IMG/VR virus record: IMGVR_UViG_2920951204_000001
Span: 75,476 to 139,475 of that record
DNA: 64,000 bases
Source of the DNA: a virus
Lineage: Duplodnaviria; Caudoviricetes
Reading direction: 5' to 3' (one strand)
The notes below the pieces were generated by a model. The model searched no databases. It was not told where the DNA came from and worked only from the letters and a program-made list of their open reading frames with translations. Below are positions 18,117-28,663 of the stretch, in pieces (within the stretch, counting starts at the first letter, position 1; the number at the start of each line of letters is the position of its first letter). The position numbers were made by a program, and so were the translations under genes.

Positions 18117-19223
18117 ATGGGAAGAAAATTAACTGACGAAGAATACAAACAAAAATTAAAAGAAACAAATCCTGAGTATGAAAGTCTTGCTCCATATCAA
18201 GGAAACAAAATTAAAATACCACATAGACACATTAAATGTGGGTATATTTGGGATGTAAAACCAAATGTATTGGATCAAAACACATATGGATGTCCTTTTT
18301 GTTCAGGAAAAGTGAGAAAAGATATTACATATTTTAAAGATGAAGTATATAAACTTGTTGGTGATGAATACGAAGTTATTGGTGATTATGTAAACACTCA
18401 TACTAAAACTACGTTTAGACATAATGTCTGTGGACATATTTTTGATATGACACCACATAACTTTATTTCTGGTCAAAGATGTAAATATTGTCAACATAGA
18501 AGTTATGTAAAAACAACTGAAGAGTTTAAACAGGAACTGTTTGATCTTGTTGAGGAAGAATATATATTAGAAGATGAATATATAAATAATCATACAAAAG
18601 TAAATTTTAGACATAAAATTTGTGGTCACTTATGGAACACTACGCCATCTGAAATTTTGAATGGATATAGATGTATTTATTGTTATGGGAATAAAAAACT
18701 CACTCAAAATGATTTTGAAGATAAAGTTTATGAACAACGTGGTAATGAATATAGTGTTGTTGGAAAATATATAAACTATTCTACAAAAGTGTCAATGAGA
18801 CACAACAAATGCGGATGTATTTGGAATGTTATTCCTGGTGCATTCTTTAGTAAAATGTCTGGATGTCCTAAATGCAACCAATCAAAAGGAGAATCAAGGA
18901 TTGAGACGTATTTGCAGAAAAATAAAATTTCATATATTTCACAGATGAAATATGAAGATTTACGTGGCGATAGAAATATACCATTGTCTTACGATTTTTA
19001 CTTAGAGGATTTTAATATTCTTATCGAATATCAAGGACAACAACATAAATACTCTGTCGATTGGTTTGGTGGTGAAGAAAAGTTTAAACGCCAACAAGAA
19101 ATTGACATGATGAAAAAGAATTATGCAGAAGAACATAATATTGAATTATTAGAAATTTGGTATTATGACTTTGACAATATAGAAAACATTTTAGGAAGTC
19201 GGCTGTTAAAACAGTCGGCTTAA
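18117..19223 (+). CDS. Putative endonuclease with four tandem zinc-ribbon repeats and a C-terminal PD-(D/E)xK/Vsr-like domain
   Basis: Repeats 'H.xCG..W...P..(F/I)....CxxC'; C-terminal 'SKGE...YDFY...IEYQGQQH'. Confidence 0.75.
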   Translation: MGRKLTDEEYKQKLKETNPEYESLAPYQGNKIKIPHRHIKCGYIWDVKPNVLDQNTYGCPFCSGKVRKDITYFKDEVYKLVGDEYEVIGDYVNTHTKTTFRHNVCGHIFDMTPHNFISGQRCKYCQHRSYVKTTEEFKQELFDLVEEEYILEDEYINNHTKVNFRHKICGHLWNTTPSEILNGYRCIYCYGNKKLTQNDFEDKVYEQRGNEYSVVGKYINYSTKVSMRHNKCGCIWNVIPGAFFSKMSGCPKCNQSKGESRIETYLQKNKISYISQMKYEDLRGDRNIPLSYDFYLEDFNILIEYQGQQHKYSVDWFGGEEKFKRQQEIDMMKKNYAEEHNIELLEIWYYDFDNIENILGSRLLKQSA

Positions 19224-19253
19224 TTTAGTTGTAAATAAAGGAGGTGTGGCTTC

Positions 19254-20459
19254 GTGCCAAGAACTAAATCTGCTGGTACTAAGCCATTACCAGCGAATAA
19301 ACAAAAAGGTAAAAAAATATGCTCTTGTTGTTCTAAAGAAAAAAAATTAACTGATTTTTATTTATCATATAGTCCAATGTATTCTTTAGATAAAAGAGTT
19401 CCAGTTTGTAAAGATTGTTGCAAATCTTCTATTCTTAATACAGATGGTACGATAAATTATGATAAGCTAAAAGAACTTTTAAGAAGCATAGACAAACCTC
19501 TCTATATAGACTTAATTATGTCTTCAGAACAAAGTGTTGCAAAAGAAAACAGTTATTTAGAAGATGAAGAGATTCAATATCATGGAAAGGAAATATTACA
19601 AAAATATTTTACTTTAATTGCCATGAGGCAAGATAGAGCAAAATCATATTCAGATTCAGAAAGAGAGGGATTTCTTCATAAAAACAATAATAGAAATTCT
19701 GATGAAAAGAATAAGATTTTAAACAAATATGGGTTTTTAATAAAAAATGTAGATAAATCTAAGATTGAACAATATGCTCCTGATTCACAATTATCAGAAA
19801 CAGTTAGATGGTCAAAAAAAGATAAACAAAATATGAAATACGCTATTTCTATAATTGGTTATGACCCATTTGAAGATGTTGGATTATCCGAGTCTGATAG
19901 AAAATATTGTTTTAATATTTTAGCAGGTTATTGTGATACTGATGGGATTGCTGAAGATGGACATAAAATACAGGGAGTAATTGAAATGTCTATGCTATAT
20001 TGTCAATGTAAAAAGATTACAGAAGCAATGAATATAGAATTATCAAATGATGATGTAGATGACAAAAAGGTGCAAAAACTTTCTTCCTCTAAATCTACTC
20101 TCTTATCTTCTATTGCCACAATTGCAAAAGATAATAATATTGCATCAAACTATAACAAAAATTCAAAACAAGGTCAAAGTTCGTTATCATCAAAAATGAA
20201 AGAAATGGCTGATAATGGTTTTCAAGAAATACAAGTCAACTTATTTGATATAAAAACATCTGAGGCTTTTAAACAAATTGACAAAATAAGTAATGAGAAT
20301 ATTGCCAATCAGCTTACATTAGATAATAGTGAGTATTCAGAAATTGTAAAAGAACAACGAGAAACATTAAAAGTTCAAGAACAAAAAATTGATGAACTGA
20401 CTGAAGAAAATAGAAATTTAAAAAATAAAATAATTGACTTAGAGAACAGAAAGAGGTAG
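19254..20459 (+). CDS. Putative terminase small subunit (YonG-like position)
   Basis: N-terminal CxxC...CKDC zinc finger and coiled coil; directly upstream of the large terminase. Confidence 0.5.
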   Translation: MPRTKSAGTKPLPANKQKGKKICSCCSKEKKLTDFYLSYSPMYSLDKRVPVCKDCCKSSILNTDGTINYDKLKELLRSIDKPLYIDLIMSSEQSVAKENSYLEDEEIQYHGKEILQKYFTLIAMRQDRAKSYSDSEREGFLHKNNNRNSDEKNKILNKYGFLIKNVDKSKIEQYAPDSQLSETVRWSKKDKQNMKYAISIIGYDPFEDVGLSESDRKYCFNILAGYCDTDGIAEDGHKIQGVIEMSMLYCQCKKITEAMNIELSNDDVDDKKVQKLSSSKSTLLSSIATIAKDNNIASNYNKNSKQGQSSLSSKMKEMADNGFQEIQVNLFDIKTSEAFKQIDKISNENIANQLTLDNSEYSEIVKEQRETLKVQEQKIDELTEENRNLKNKIIDLENRKR

Positions 20460-20464
20460 ATGCT

Positions 20465-22297
20465 ATGGAAATATATATACCAATATCCTCAAAAGAGCTA
20501 AGTCAACGAAAAATTGAAGAATATCAAAAAATGTCAAAAATAATAAATTGGGGGCGTTGTAACCCAGTTAGATTTTGTGAAACATTTTTTGGTCTTAAAT
20601 TGATAGACTATCAGGCTTATTGCTTTATGAGAACATGGGCTGTTCAATATGCTTTATGGGCTGAGTGTCGTGGTGCCGGTAAGGATACCCTTGCGGCAGC
20701 ATATTTTATGACACGGTTACTTCTTATCCCTGACTATTCATTATATATAAGTAGTAATACATATGCTCAGTCCGTTGAATCATTCAATAAATTGCGTGAC
20801 ATTGCTTTGAAACGTATTCCTTCTTTCGCAAGTGCAACGGACGTATTCGCAAGAGAAGTTGATAAAACTGGTAGCAATAGTGAAACAGGATTTTTACAAG
20901 CACCAACTTGCAAGTTTAGACTATATAATAATTCTAAGATGGAAGCATTATCTTCTAATCTGGAAGCCATTAGAGGTAAGCGCGGCGCCGTTTGGCTGAA
21001 TGAAACGGCGTGGAAAACTGCGGAAGAATTAGCGGTTGTAGAAAATTACGCAAACGTTGACACAAGCTTCTCTACATCTACTGAAAAGGTTCAGTATTAC
21101 AAACCTCAACAAATGCCACTTCAAATTTTATATACATCTTCTGTCGGAGATGTAACATACCCATTCTTTGATAAATACAAGACATTCTATAAAAAGATGC
21201 TCGTTGGGAATAGTAATTATTTTTGTTTTGATATGAATGCTTATGATATTTTATATCACTCTTCTATTGATGGCGAACCAATCAAATCTCATTTGACAGA
21301 AGATCAGATTAAAAAAGCAATTGAGGAAGATCCTGATAATGCGGATGTTGAATTATTTAATAAATTCAGAAAAGGTGGCGGTCATAATGCTGTTGTAACT
21401 ATGGATGAGTTAATTCGGAATTCGTCAAATAGAAAACCTCTATTATACAATGATACTGGAAAGAAAAAGTTTGTTTTCACATATGATCCAGCAAGAAATT
21501 TTGATGGAAGTGTTCTTAGTATTTTCGAAGTAATAGATGACAAAGAAGTTGGGTACAAATTAAGATTTGTAAATTGTGTATCAATGGTTGACACAAATTC
21601 TAAAAATAAAACTCCTCTTCCAATGCCTGCTCAGTTAGAGATTATTAAAGATTTGATGATTAAGTATAACGGTGAACGTTCTGCTGAATGGGAAAATATC
21701 GAATTTTACATTGATGCTGGGTCAGGAGGTGGCGGCATATCCGCAGTTGCAGATCAACTTATGGAAGATTGGGTAGATAAATTTGGTAAAAAACATAGGG
21801 GAATTATTGATCCAAACCATAAACAATATGAAACTGCCAGGAAAAAATATACAAATGCTATGCCTATTGTTCATTTAGTAGATCCACAAGGATATAAAAA
21901 GATAATGTATGACGCTGTTTCAAAAATGGTTAAATTGAATCTTATTGAATTTGCTAATTATGATAAAAAAGATTATATCTTATTGCCTAATAAAGATGGC
22001 AGTTTTGATAAAGTAGATTTAACTCAAGAAGAACAAATTGCTTTGGCAAATATGGAAATTGCTAAATTACAATTATCATATATGTGTAGATACGACACAT
22101 CTAATGGTGGAGTTACGTATGAATTGGCAAAGGATAAGAAAAATTTTCATGACGATGCAGCTTATACTCTTGCAGAAGGAGCATATGCATTAGCAATTTT
22201 AAGACGTGAAGACTTATTGAAGAAACCTAAGAGAGATTCATCTTTTGATCCATCACAATTTGTAATGGCACGTCAACCACAAATTAGAAAAATATAA
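20465..22297 (+). CDS. terL: Terminase large subunit
   Basis: Walker A variant RGAGKD, 'RGKRG..WLNE' Walker B, nuclease 'YDPA..FD' and 'HDD' motifs. Confidence 0.9.
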   Translation: MEIYIPISSKELSQRKIEEYQKMSKIINWGRCNPVRFCETFFGLKLIDYQAYCFMRTWAVQYALWAECRGAGKDTLAAAYFMTRLLLIPDYSLYISSNTYAQSVESFNKLRDIALKRIPSFASATDVFAREVDKTGSNSETGFLQAPTCKFRLYNNSKMEALSSNLEAIRGKRGAVWLNETAWKTAEELAVVENYANVDTSFSTSTEKVQYYKPQQMPLQILYTSSVGDVTYPFFDKYKTFYKKMLVGNSNYFCFDMNAYDILYHSSIDGEPIKSHLTEDQIKKAIEEDPDNADVELFNKFRKGGGHNAVVTMDELIRNSSNRKPLLYNDTGKKKFVFTYDPARNFDGSVLSIFEVIDDKEVGYKLRFVNCVSMVDTNSKNKTPLPMPAQLEIIKDLMIKYNGERSAEWENIEFYIDAGSGGGGISAVADQLMEDWVDKFGKKHRGIIDPNHKQYETARKKYTNAMPIVHLVDPQGYKKIMYDAVSKMVKLNLIEFANYDKKDYILLPNKDGSFDKVDLTQEEQIALANMEIAKLQLSYMCRYDTSNGGVTYELAKDKKNFHDDAAYTLAEGAYALAILRREDLLKKPKRDSSFDPSQFVMARQPQIRKI

Positions 22298-22307
22298 GGA
22301 AAGGTAG

Positions 22308-23828
22308 GTGGCAAATACGGAAGTAAAAGATTTAACTGAAGAGGAACGTGAAAAAGTAATGACGCAATATACACAACTACTCTTTGCAAACTTGAAAAAA
22401 AATATTGTACAAGACTTAATAAATGATCGTAATGAAAGCGTTATTTATAAAAAATACAAAAAAGAAGAAATTGTAAAAATGCTTGAAAGTCCACAGAGAA
22501 ACGAAGATAAAATTCGTGAACTTAGTAATTTTATATATCTTGTTTCAAGCCATTATCGAAGACTTGTAGACTACTATTCTACTATCCTTCTTTATAACTA
22601 TTTAGTTGTTCCAATAAAAATTTCTACAAAAAAACCCAATAAAACAAAGTATAAAGAAAGTTATTATTATACTATTAATGAGTGCGAAAAATATAATCTT
22701 CGTCACGAATCAACAAAAGCTATTAAAATTGCTATTCGTGATGGAGTGTATTATGGTATTCCTTATGAAACAGAAGATTCATTTTACATTAAACCTTTTG
22801 ATGCCAAATATGCAAGAATTTCTACTATCGAGGACGGTGCATTTAAATTTTCTGTTGATTTAAATTATTTTAATGGCAAAACATATTTATTGCCTATGTA
22901 TGGAATTGATTTTCAAATTGCTTATGAAAAATATAAAGGAAATAGAGATAAGGGACTTAAAGGCGATAAAACCAAACGATGGTATGAACCTCCAAACGGC
23001 ATTTGTATTAAAGTGGACGAATCTGATCCCATTTATTCTCTTCCACTATTCTGTGGATTACTCCTCGACATATTATCTATTGAAGATTATAAAATGCTTC
23101 AAAAATCAAAAGCAGAAAATGATAATTATAAAGTATTATCAGCAAAAATGGAAACTGATGAAGATGGTGTTCCGAAAATGGATTTTCCTACTGCTCAAAA
23201 ATATTATGGGCAGATGGCACAAAACTTACCATTAGGTATAGGTTTGTTGATGAGTCCTTTTGATATGTCAGATTATTCTTTCCAGACTTCTACTGCTTCT
23301 GAAAGAAACAATGTTACGGAGTCGATTAATACGTTTTGGCAAGGTGCAGGAACATCGCCTGCATTATTCGGCGGAGGAAATATTTCTTCTTCCGGTGCTA
23401 TAACGTTGGCAGTTAAACCAGATGAAGCTATTGCTTTTTCATTGTTGCAACAGATAGAAAGATTTTTTAATAAGAAATTAAAATTAATGAATCTTCCTTA
23501 TTCATTTAAAATACAGTTTTTAAATCAGTCCATTTTTAATTCTGATGAAATCGCAAACAGAATTTCTAAGGCTGCTGATAAAGGTATGCCAGTAAAAATG
23601 AAATATAGTTCTGTATTAGGATTATCGCCTAGCGATACTCTTGGTCTTACATATCTAGAAGAGGATATTCTTGAATTGTCTAATAAAGTTTGGAAAAACA
23701 CTTTGATTTCATCAAATACTCAAAGTGTTTCTAATGACGAAGGTGGTAGACCTACTAATTCTGAACAAGGAAAAACGCTTGACGATACGGGACAACAGAC
23801 GGTTGATAATGATGGAAATGACAGGTAG
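22308..23828 (+). CDS. Portal protein
   Basis: 506 aa, follows terL, C-terminal 'GGRP' motif. Confidence 0.8.
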   Translation: MANTEVKDLTEEEREKVMTQYTQLLFANLKKNIVQDLINDRNESVIYKKYKKEEIVKMLESPQRNEDKIRELSNFIYLVSSHYRRLVDYYSTILLYNYLVVPIKISTKKPNKTKYKESYYYTINECEKYNLRHESTKAIKIAIRDGVYYGIPYETEDSFYIKPFDAKYARISTIEDGAFKFSVDLNYFNGKTYLLPMYGIDFQIAYEKYKGNRDKGLKGDKTKRWYEPPNGICIKVDESDPIYSLPLFCGLLLDILSIEDYKMLQKSKAENDNYKVLSAKMETDEDGVPKMDFPTAQKYYGQMAQNLPLGIGLLMSPFDMSDYSFQTSTASERNNVTESINTFWQGAGTSPALFGGGNISSSGAITLAVKPDEAIAFSLLQQIERFFNKKLKLMNLPYSFKIQFLNQSIFNSDEIANRISKAADKGMPVKMKYSSVLGLSPSDTLGLTYLEEDILELSNKVWKNTLISSNTQSVSNDEGGRPTNSEQGKTLDDTGQQTVDNDGNDR

Positions 23829-23841
23829 GTGGATTTGTGGA

Positions 23842-24036
23842 ATGGAAAATAATTTAATAAAGTTGTTTGATCCATTAAAAGCTAAAATGTTAGCAGATAA
23901 TGGATTTGAATATATGTTAGAGGACATAGGTGGTAAAAAAGCCTATGTCTTTTGTGTTTCAGAAGAACTTTTGTCCTTTTCTCAGAAGTGCTTTGAAAAG
24001 AACAGTTTCTTTTTAGACAACACCTTACGATTCTGA
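23842..24036 (+). CDS. Small hypothetical protein
   Basis: RBS GGTGG; 64 aa between portal and protease. Confidence 0.55.
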   Translation: MENNLIKLFDPLKAKMLADNGFEYMLEDIGGKKAYVFCVSEELLSFSQKCFEKNSFFLDNTLRF

Positions 24037-24058
24037 GGAAAGGAGGTAACAACATTTT

Positions 24059-25600
24059 ATGGAAAAGGAAAAAATGTCATTATTATTCAAATCAAAATTT
24101 AAATGTTTTGAAAAATTGAATGATAATTTTTTAAAAGCAAAATGCTATGTGCTTGCACTGGGAAAGAATATAAATAGATCACATTTTAGTAAAGAAAATG
24201 TAGACAGGGCATATTCATCACTTTTCTATGTTCCTGTAGTCGGACATTTGATGTGCGATGAAAATGGGAATCATTATCTCGGTGGGCATGATGTTAAATT
24301 GGACTTAGAAACATTAACTATAAAAAGTGTTTGTGTCCCATTTGGAGTTGCTATTCCATCAGAAGAACCAGTTTATGAAGATGTAACTGAAGAAGATGGA
24401 ACTGTTTCAACATATTTGGTCAGTGATGTGATTCTTTGGATAGGTAGATATCCAGAATTAGCTGAGGCAATATATGACGAATCAACGTATTTTGGTCAAA
24501 GTATGGAAATACTGTATTCAAAATCAGAACCATTAAAAGATGATAATAAATATACAGATATTATTGATTTTTCTTTTGATGCATTATGTCTATTAAACAA
24601 ATCTGATGATCCTAAATTTAATATTCAACCATGTTTTCCAAGTGCGTCCGTAAAACCTTTAAATTATTCAATTGATAAAGATGAATTTTCACAGCTTATG
24701 GAAGAAATGAAATCTCAATTGAATTTTTGTTTGAATAAAAATGACACAGAACAAGGAGGAAAAATTTTGGAAGAAAAAAATGCAATTCTTCAGAAGTATG
24801 GAAAGTCTGTTGAGGACTTAGATTTTTCTATTGATGATTTATCAGTTGAAGAGTTTGAGAAAAAGATGGACGAGCTTTTTGGAGAGAAAAATGAACCTGT
24901 AGCTTTTTCTGCTACATATAATCAGAAACGAGAGGCATTAAGAAATGCTTTAGATCCAATTATTGTAAAAGATGCAGAGGGAAATTATGTTGAGGAAACA
25001 CATTTCTACGTGTCCGATTTCGATGATGAATATGTCTATGTAGAGGTAGATCATTGGAACGCAACCGGTGATTACACATGTAAGTATGGTAGAAAATCTT
25101 ACACATTTGACGAGACAACACTAACTGCTACTATTTCTGATGAATTTGAGGAAATGGTAAAAGTATGGCTCACACTTAATGAAAAAGAAAAACTTGATAC
25201 TGATAGAGCAAATTACGAATCTATTTCTACTGAATTTGATGCTTACAAATCTGAACACTCATATACCAATTCTGAATATGAGACTCTCAAAGAATTTGAA
25301 GAAAAAGTAAATAAAGAAAAACGTAAAGCAGATGAAAATTCTGTATTTGCGGAATATGAAAATGAAATTGGAGATACACCGGAATTTTCTGAGTTAAAAG
25401 AAAAGGCAAGTGAATTTTCAATTGAAGAATTAAAAAAGGAATGTTTATGTATCGTTGGTCTTTATGCAAGAGCAAATAAGTCTAACGAAACTAAAGTTGA
25501 GAAACCAAAGGAAATTAAATTTTCAGTAGAAACACCATCTAATGACGATGAAAATGAAAAACCTTACGGTGGCTTAATGGAAAAATATCTTAACAAATAA
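24059..25600 (+). CDS. Prohead protease/scaffold (YonD-like)
   Basis: 'N.N.S.F', 'PVVG' and 'QSME' motifs; acidic coiled-coil C-terminus. Confidence 0.75.
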   Translation: MEKEKMSLLFKSKFKCFEKLNDNFLKAKCYVLALGKNINRSHFSKENVDRAYSSLFYVPVVGHLMCDENGNHYLGGHDVKLDLETLTIKSVCVPFGVAIPSEEPVYEDVTEEDGTVSTYLVSDVILWIGRYPELAEAIYDESTYFGQSMEILYSKSEPLKDDNKYTDIIDFSFDALCLLNKSDDPKFNIQPCFPSASVKPLNYSIDKDEFSQLMEEMKSQLNFCLNKNDTEQGGKILEEKNAILQKYGKSVEDLDFSIDDLSVEEFEKKMDELFGEKNEPVAFSATYNQKREALRNALDPIIVKDAEGNYVEETHFYVSDFDDEYVYVEVDHWNATGDYTCKYGRKSYTFDETTLTATISDEFEEMVKVWLTLNEKEKLDTDRANYESISTEFDAYKSEHSYTNSEYETLKEFEEKVNKEKRKADENSVFAEYENEIGDTPEFSELKEKASEFSIEELKKECLCIVGLYARANKSNETKVEKPKEIKFSVETPSNDDENEKPYGGLMEKYLNK

Positions 25601-25628
25601 AAGTTTATGAAAGTGAGGAAATTTAATT

Positions 25629-26123
25629 ATGGCAAAAGCAATGATCAGATTAGATAATGTGCAGTTTACTCATGATGGTTCTCTTATAAAGAGTGCTAAA
25701 TATATGGGAAGTGGTGATACTGCTACTGCAATTGAAAACGCCAATTTTGTTGAAATTGGTGGACTTATGGATGGAGAGAGAGAAATTCATAAGGCTACAA
25801 CTCCAACAGCAGAAAGTACATATTTTGGTGTTGTTTGTACACCAGAAGTCGAATATGAGGAAAGAGGCTACCACGGTTTAGACACTTTTGAAAATAAAGC
25901 CGGTGAACCTATTCGTGTAGGAATTCTTTCTAAGGGTGATATTTTCTCTGTTACTAAAGAAGCTCTTGATACAGTTCCTACTGTTGAGAAGCTTGTTGAA
26001 TTACAGGCAGGCACAAAAGGCAAGGTTGTAGATACTCCTACTGCCAAATCAACACAGGTTGGTAAGGTAATCGAAGTTGAAGTATCAGGAAGATTTACAT
26101 GGTATGTAATTGAGGTTCAGTAA
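25629..26123 (+). CDS. Head decoration/cement protein
   Basis: Position between scaffold and capsid; 'IENANFV' motif. Confidence 0.6.
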   Translation: MAKAMIRLDNVQFTHDGSLIKSAKYMGSGDTATAIENANFVEIGGLMDGEREIHKATTPTAESTYFGVVCTPEVEYEERGYHGLDTFENKAGEPIRVGILSKGDIFSVTKEALDTVPTVEKLVELQAGTKGKVVDTPTAKSTQVGKVIEVEVSGRFTWYVIEVQ

Positions 26124-26171
26124 TTACGACAATTCAAATTTTAAAATATAGAAAGTGAGGAAAATAATATT

Positions 26172-27173
26172 ATGGCAGACGCAAATTTAATAAAATTAGC
26201 CGTAGATTCATATAAGGGACATATTGCTGGAAATTATTCTACAGAAGATTCTATGGAAGTATTAAGAAAAGCACTTATAGAAGCCAATGGTGGCTCTACT
26301 ACATTAGATTTTAGAGCAATTAGAGATGGAAAATGCAATGGTCTTTTCTCTATTGTAGAACAGATTATTAACAAAACTGTTATCGAAGGACTTCCTGAGA
26401 GTTGTCCTCTTTTTAATTATGTAGAATGGAGAAACCTTAAAGAAGGAGATTCAAATATTTTTGAACTTCGTGATAATGGTGTATTTGTAGTATCAGATAT
26501 TGCACAGGGTACACAGGGGCTTCGTAGACAGAGATTGACAGGTGGTGAAGAAATCACTGTTAAAACACAGTTAAAGGGTGTTAAAATTTACGAAGAACTT
26601 CGTAGAGTTCTTGCAGGTCGTGTTGATTTCAACGATTTAATTGACAAGGTATCTGAATCTTTTCAGAAGAAGATGAGAAATGATATGTATGATGCTGTTG
26701 TAAGTGCATTTGCTGGACTTGCTGCCCCTTATTCAAATGGAACCGCTGGTTCTTTTGACGAAGGAAAACTTACAACTATCATTGATCATGTTGAAGCAGC
26801 AACTGGTAAAAAGGCTGTTGTTATTGGTTCTAAGCAGGCTGTAAGAAAGATTACAGGTGTTAAGGGTGCAGATGCTAATACTGCAAAAGAGGAGCTTTTC
26901 TCAATGGGATATTATGGACATTTTTATACAACACCTATTATTGTAATGGAAAATGCTCATAAAGTAGGTTCTACTGATTTTATTCTTGGAAATGATCTTT
27001 ATATTGTAACTGGCGATGACAAGTTTATCAAAGGTGTAATCGAGGGGGATACTCTCATCATTGATGGAAAGGCAATTGATAATGCCGATTTATCACAGGA
27101 ATATCTTATGGCTGAAGCTTGGGGCTTAAAAGCAGTTATCTCAGAACAGATGGGTATTTATAAATTATCATAA
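26172..27173 (+). CDS. Major capsid protein
   Basis: 333 aa, synteny, strong RBS, followed by a terminator. Confidence 0.8.
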   Translation: MADANLIKLAVDSYKGHIAGNYSTEDSMEVLRKALIEANGGSTTLDFRAIRDGKCNGLFSIVEQIINKTVIEGLPESCPLFNYVEWRNLKEGDSNIFELRDNGVFVVSDIAQGTQGLRRQRLTGGEEITVKTQLKGVKIYEELRRVLAGRVDFNDLIDKVSESFQKKMRNDMYDAVVSAFAGLAAPYSNGTAGSFDEGKLTTIIDHVEAATGKKAVVIGSKQAVRKITGVKGADANTAKEELFSMGYYGHFYTTPIIVMENAHKVGSTDFILGNDLYIVTGDDKFIKGVIEGDTLIIDGKAIDNADLSQEYLMAEAWGLKAVISEQMGIYKLS

Positions 27174-27179
27174 TTAATA

Positions 27180-27215
27180 TTAGGAGAAGATACTTGTGGT
27201 CTTCTCCTATTTTTG
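27180..27215 (+). terminator. Intrinsic terminator after the capsid gene
   Basis: TAGGAGAAGAT...GTCTTCTCCTA followed by TTTTT. Confidence 0.7.
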
Positions 27216-27234
27216 AATAAAAGGAGGTTTTGTT

Positions 27235-27888
27235 GTGGCTTATACTAAAGAACAACGACAAAAGAAAGAAGCTGAAAAGGAAGCTAAGTTAAAGGCTGAA
27301 ATTGAGGCTAAGATTCGTGCAGAATATGAAGAAAAATTTAAAATGGAATCTGTTAATAATTCTAAAGTTAACACAGATGATAAAAAGATAGAAAATACAA
27401 CCAGTGTTGCAAAAAGAATTCAAAAAGCAATAAGAATTCCACTTGATACTATTGTCCCTGTCGTATGCAATACAGTTGGTGGTGCAATATATGTATCTAA
27501 AAAAATTATGGGATATCAGATTGAGTGGGATGATATTGGCTCAGTTGAATATATGGAATTAGGAGAACTTGCTTCTATGAGAAACACTGATAGAAGATTT
27601 TTTGAAGATAATTGGATTGTATTGGAAGATACCGAAGAATATACGGCTATGCAGTTATATGATTTTTTAAAGGTATCCAAATATTATAAAAATGTTTTTA
27701 CCCCTGAAAACATAGATGAAATTTTTACTTATTCAAAAGATAAAATAATCAAAACCATTTCTACTCTATCTAAGGGGTTAAAAGAAACTATTGCGGCTAG
27801 AGCAAGACAGAAACTTGATGAAGATACATTAGATAAAAATATTATTGATACTCTTGAAACCGCATTAAATATTCAGTTTTCACTTTAA
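27235..27888 (+). CDS. Hypothetical virion-associated protein (YonA-like position)
   Basis: Synteny; RBS AAGGAGG, GTG start. Confidence 0.55.
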   Translation: MAYTKEQRQKKEAEKEAKLKAEIEAKIRAEYEEKFKMESVNNSKVNTDDKKIENTTSVAKRIQKAIRIPLDTIVPVVCNTVGGAIYVSKKIMGYQIEWDDIGSVEYMELGELASMRNTDRRFFEDNWIVLEDTEEYTAMQLYDFLKVSKYYKNVFTPENIDEIFTYSKDKIIKTISTLSKGLKETIAARARQKLDEDTLDKNIIDTLETALNIQFSL

Positions 27889-27902
27889 AAAAGGAGAATA
27901 AA

Positions 27903-28334
27903 ATGGCGACAACATATAATGAAATATTTGCCTCTTTTAAAGATGATATTACGGATACTGATTTGATATTATTATCAAAAGATTTACAGGACGAGACTTT
28001 AGTTTCACTGTTAAATAAAGCTATAACAAAATGTGAAAGAATTTGTGATATAAATATGTCCAGAGATGATGTTGTACAAACTTTTGAGGAAGATATTCCT
28101 AATGATGTTATAGATATTATTGTAGAGTGGATGACTGTATTTTGGTTAAAGCCTTATTTGAATAATATGGAAAATTTAAGAAATGCTTTAAATACAAAAG
28201 ATTTCACCTCCTTTTCTCCTGCTAATTTATTAGAAAAAATTAGTAATAGGTATGAATTAGCTCGTAAGCACGCAAGAAGTTTAACAAACGAGTATTCATT
28301 TATTTATGCTGATATGTCGGGGTTGAAAACTTGA
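27903..28334 (+). CDS. Putative head-tail adaptor
   Basis: Synteny, 143 aa. Confidence 0.55.
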   Translation: MATTYNEIFASFKDDITDTDLILLSKDLQDETLVSLLNKAITKCERICDINMSRDDVVQTFEEDIPNDVIDIIVEWMTVFWLKPYLNNMENLRNALNTKDFTSFSPANLLEKISNRYELARKHARSLTNEYSFIYADMSGLKT

Positions 28335-28660
28335 TTGAAGTTAAATATGGGCTTATACCAAAGGAAAGTTTCTGTAACTATTTTAGATTTCTTATTAACA
28401 GAACTTATAAAATACTACCTCTTAAAGAGGAGAATTCAGAAACTTTAAATTCTTATCTCGAAAGTTTTTTGCGTGAACTTATCGGAAATAAAGAGTTGGT
28501 TACAGTTCTAATTAATGAGCCTCGTTTTATAACTGTATTAAATACTATTCAGTATCTCATATCAGAGGACTATTCTATAGAAACATGTAAAAGTGAAGTA
28601 TTCAAATGCATTCACATCTTAGAAGAAATTAACGCCCGTTATTTTAAAGGTGGTGATTGA
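28331..28660 (+). CDS. Hypothetical virion protein
   Basis: Translationally coupled within the head-tail cluster. Confidence 0.55.
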   Translation: MIEVKYGLIPKESFCNYFRFLINRTYKILPLKEENSETLNSYLESFLRELIGNKELVTVLINEPRFITVLNTIQYLISEDYSIETCKSEVFKCIHILEEINARYFKGGD

Positions 28661-28663
28661 TAA

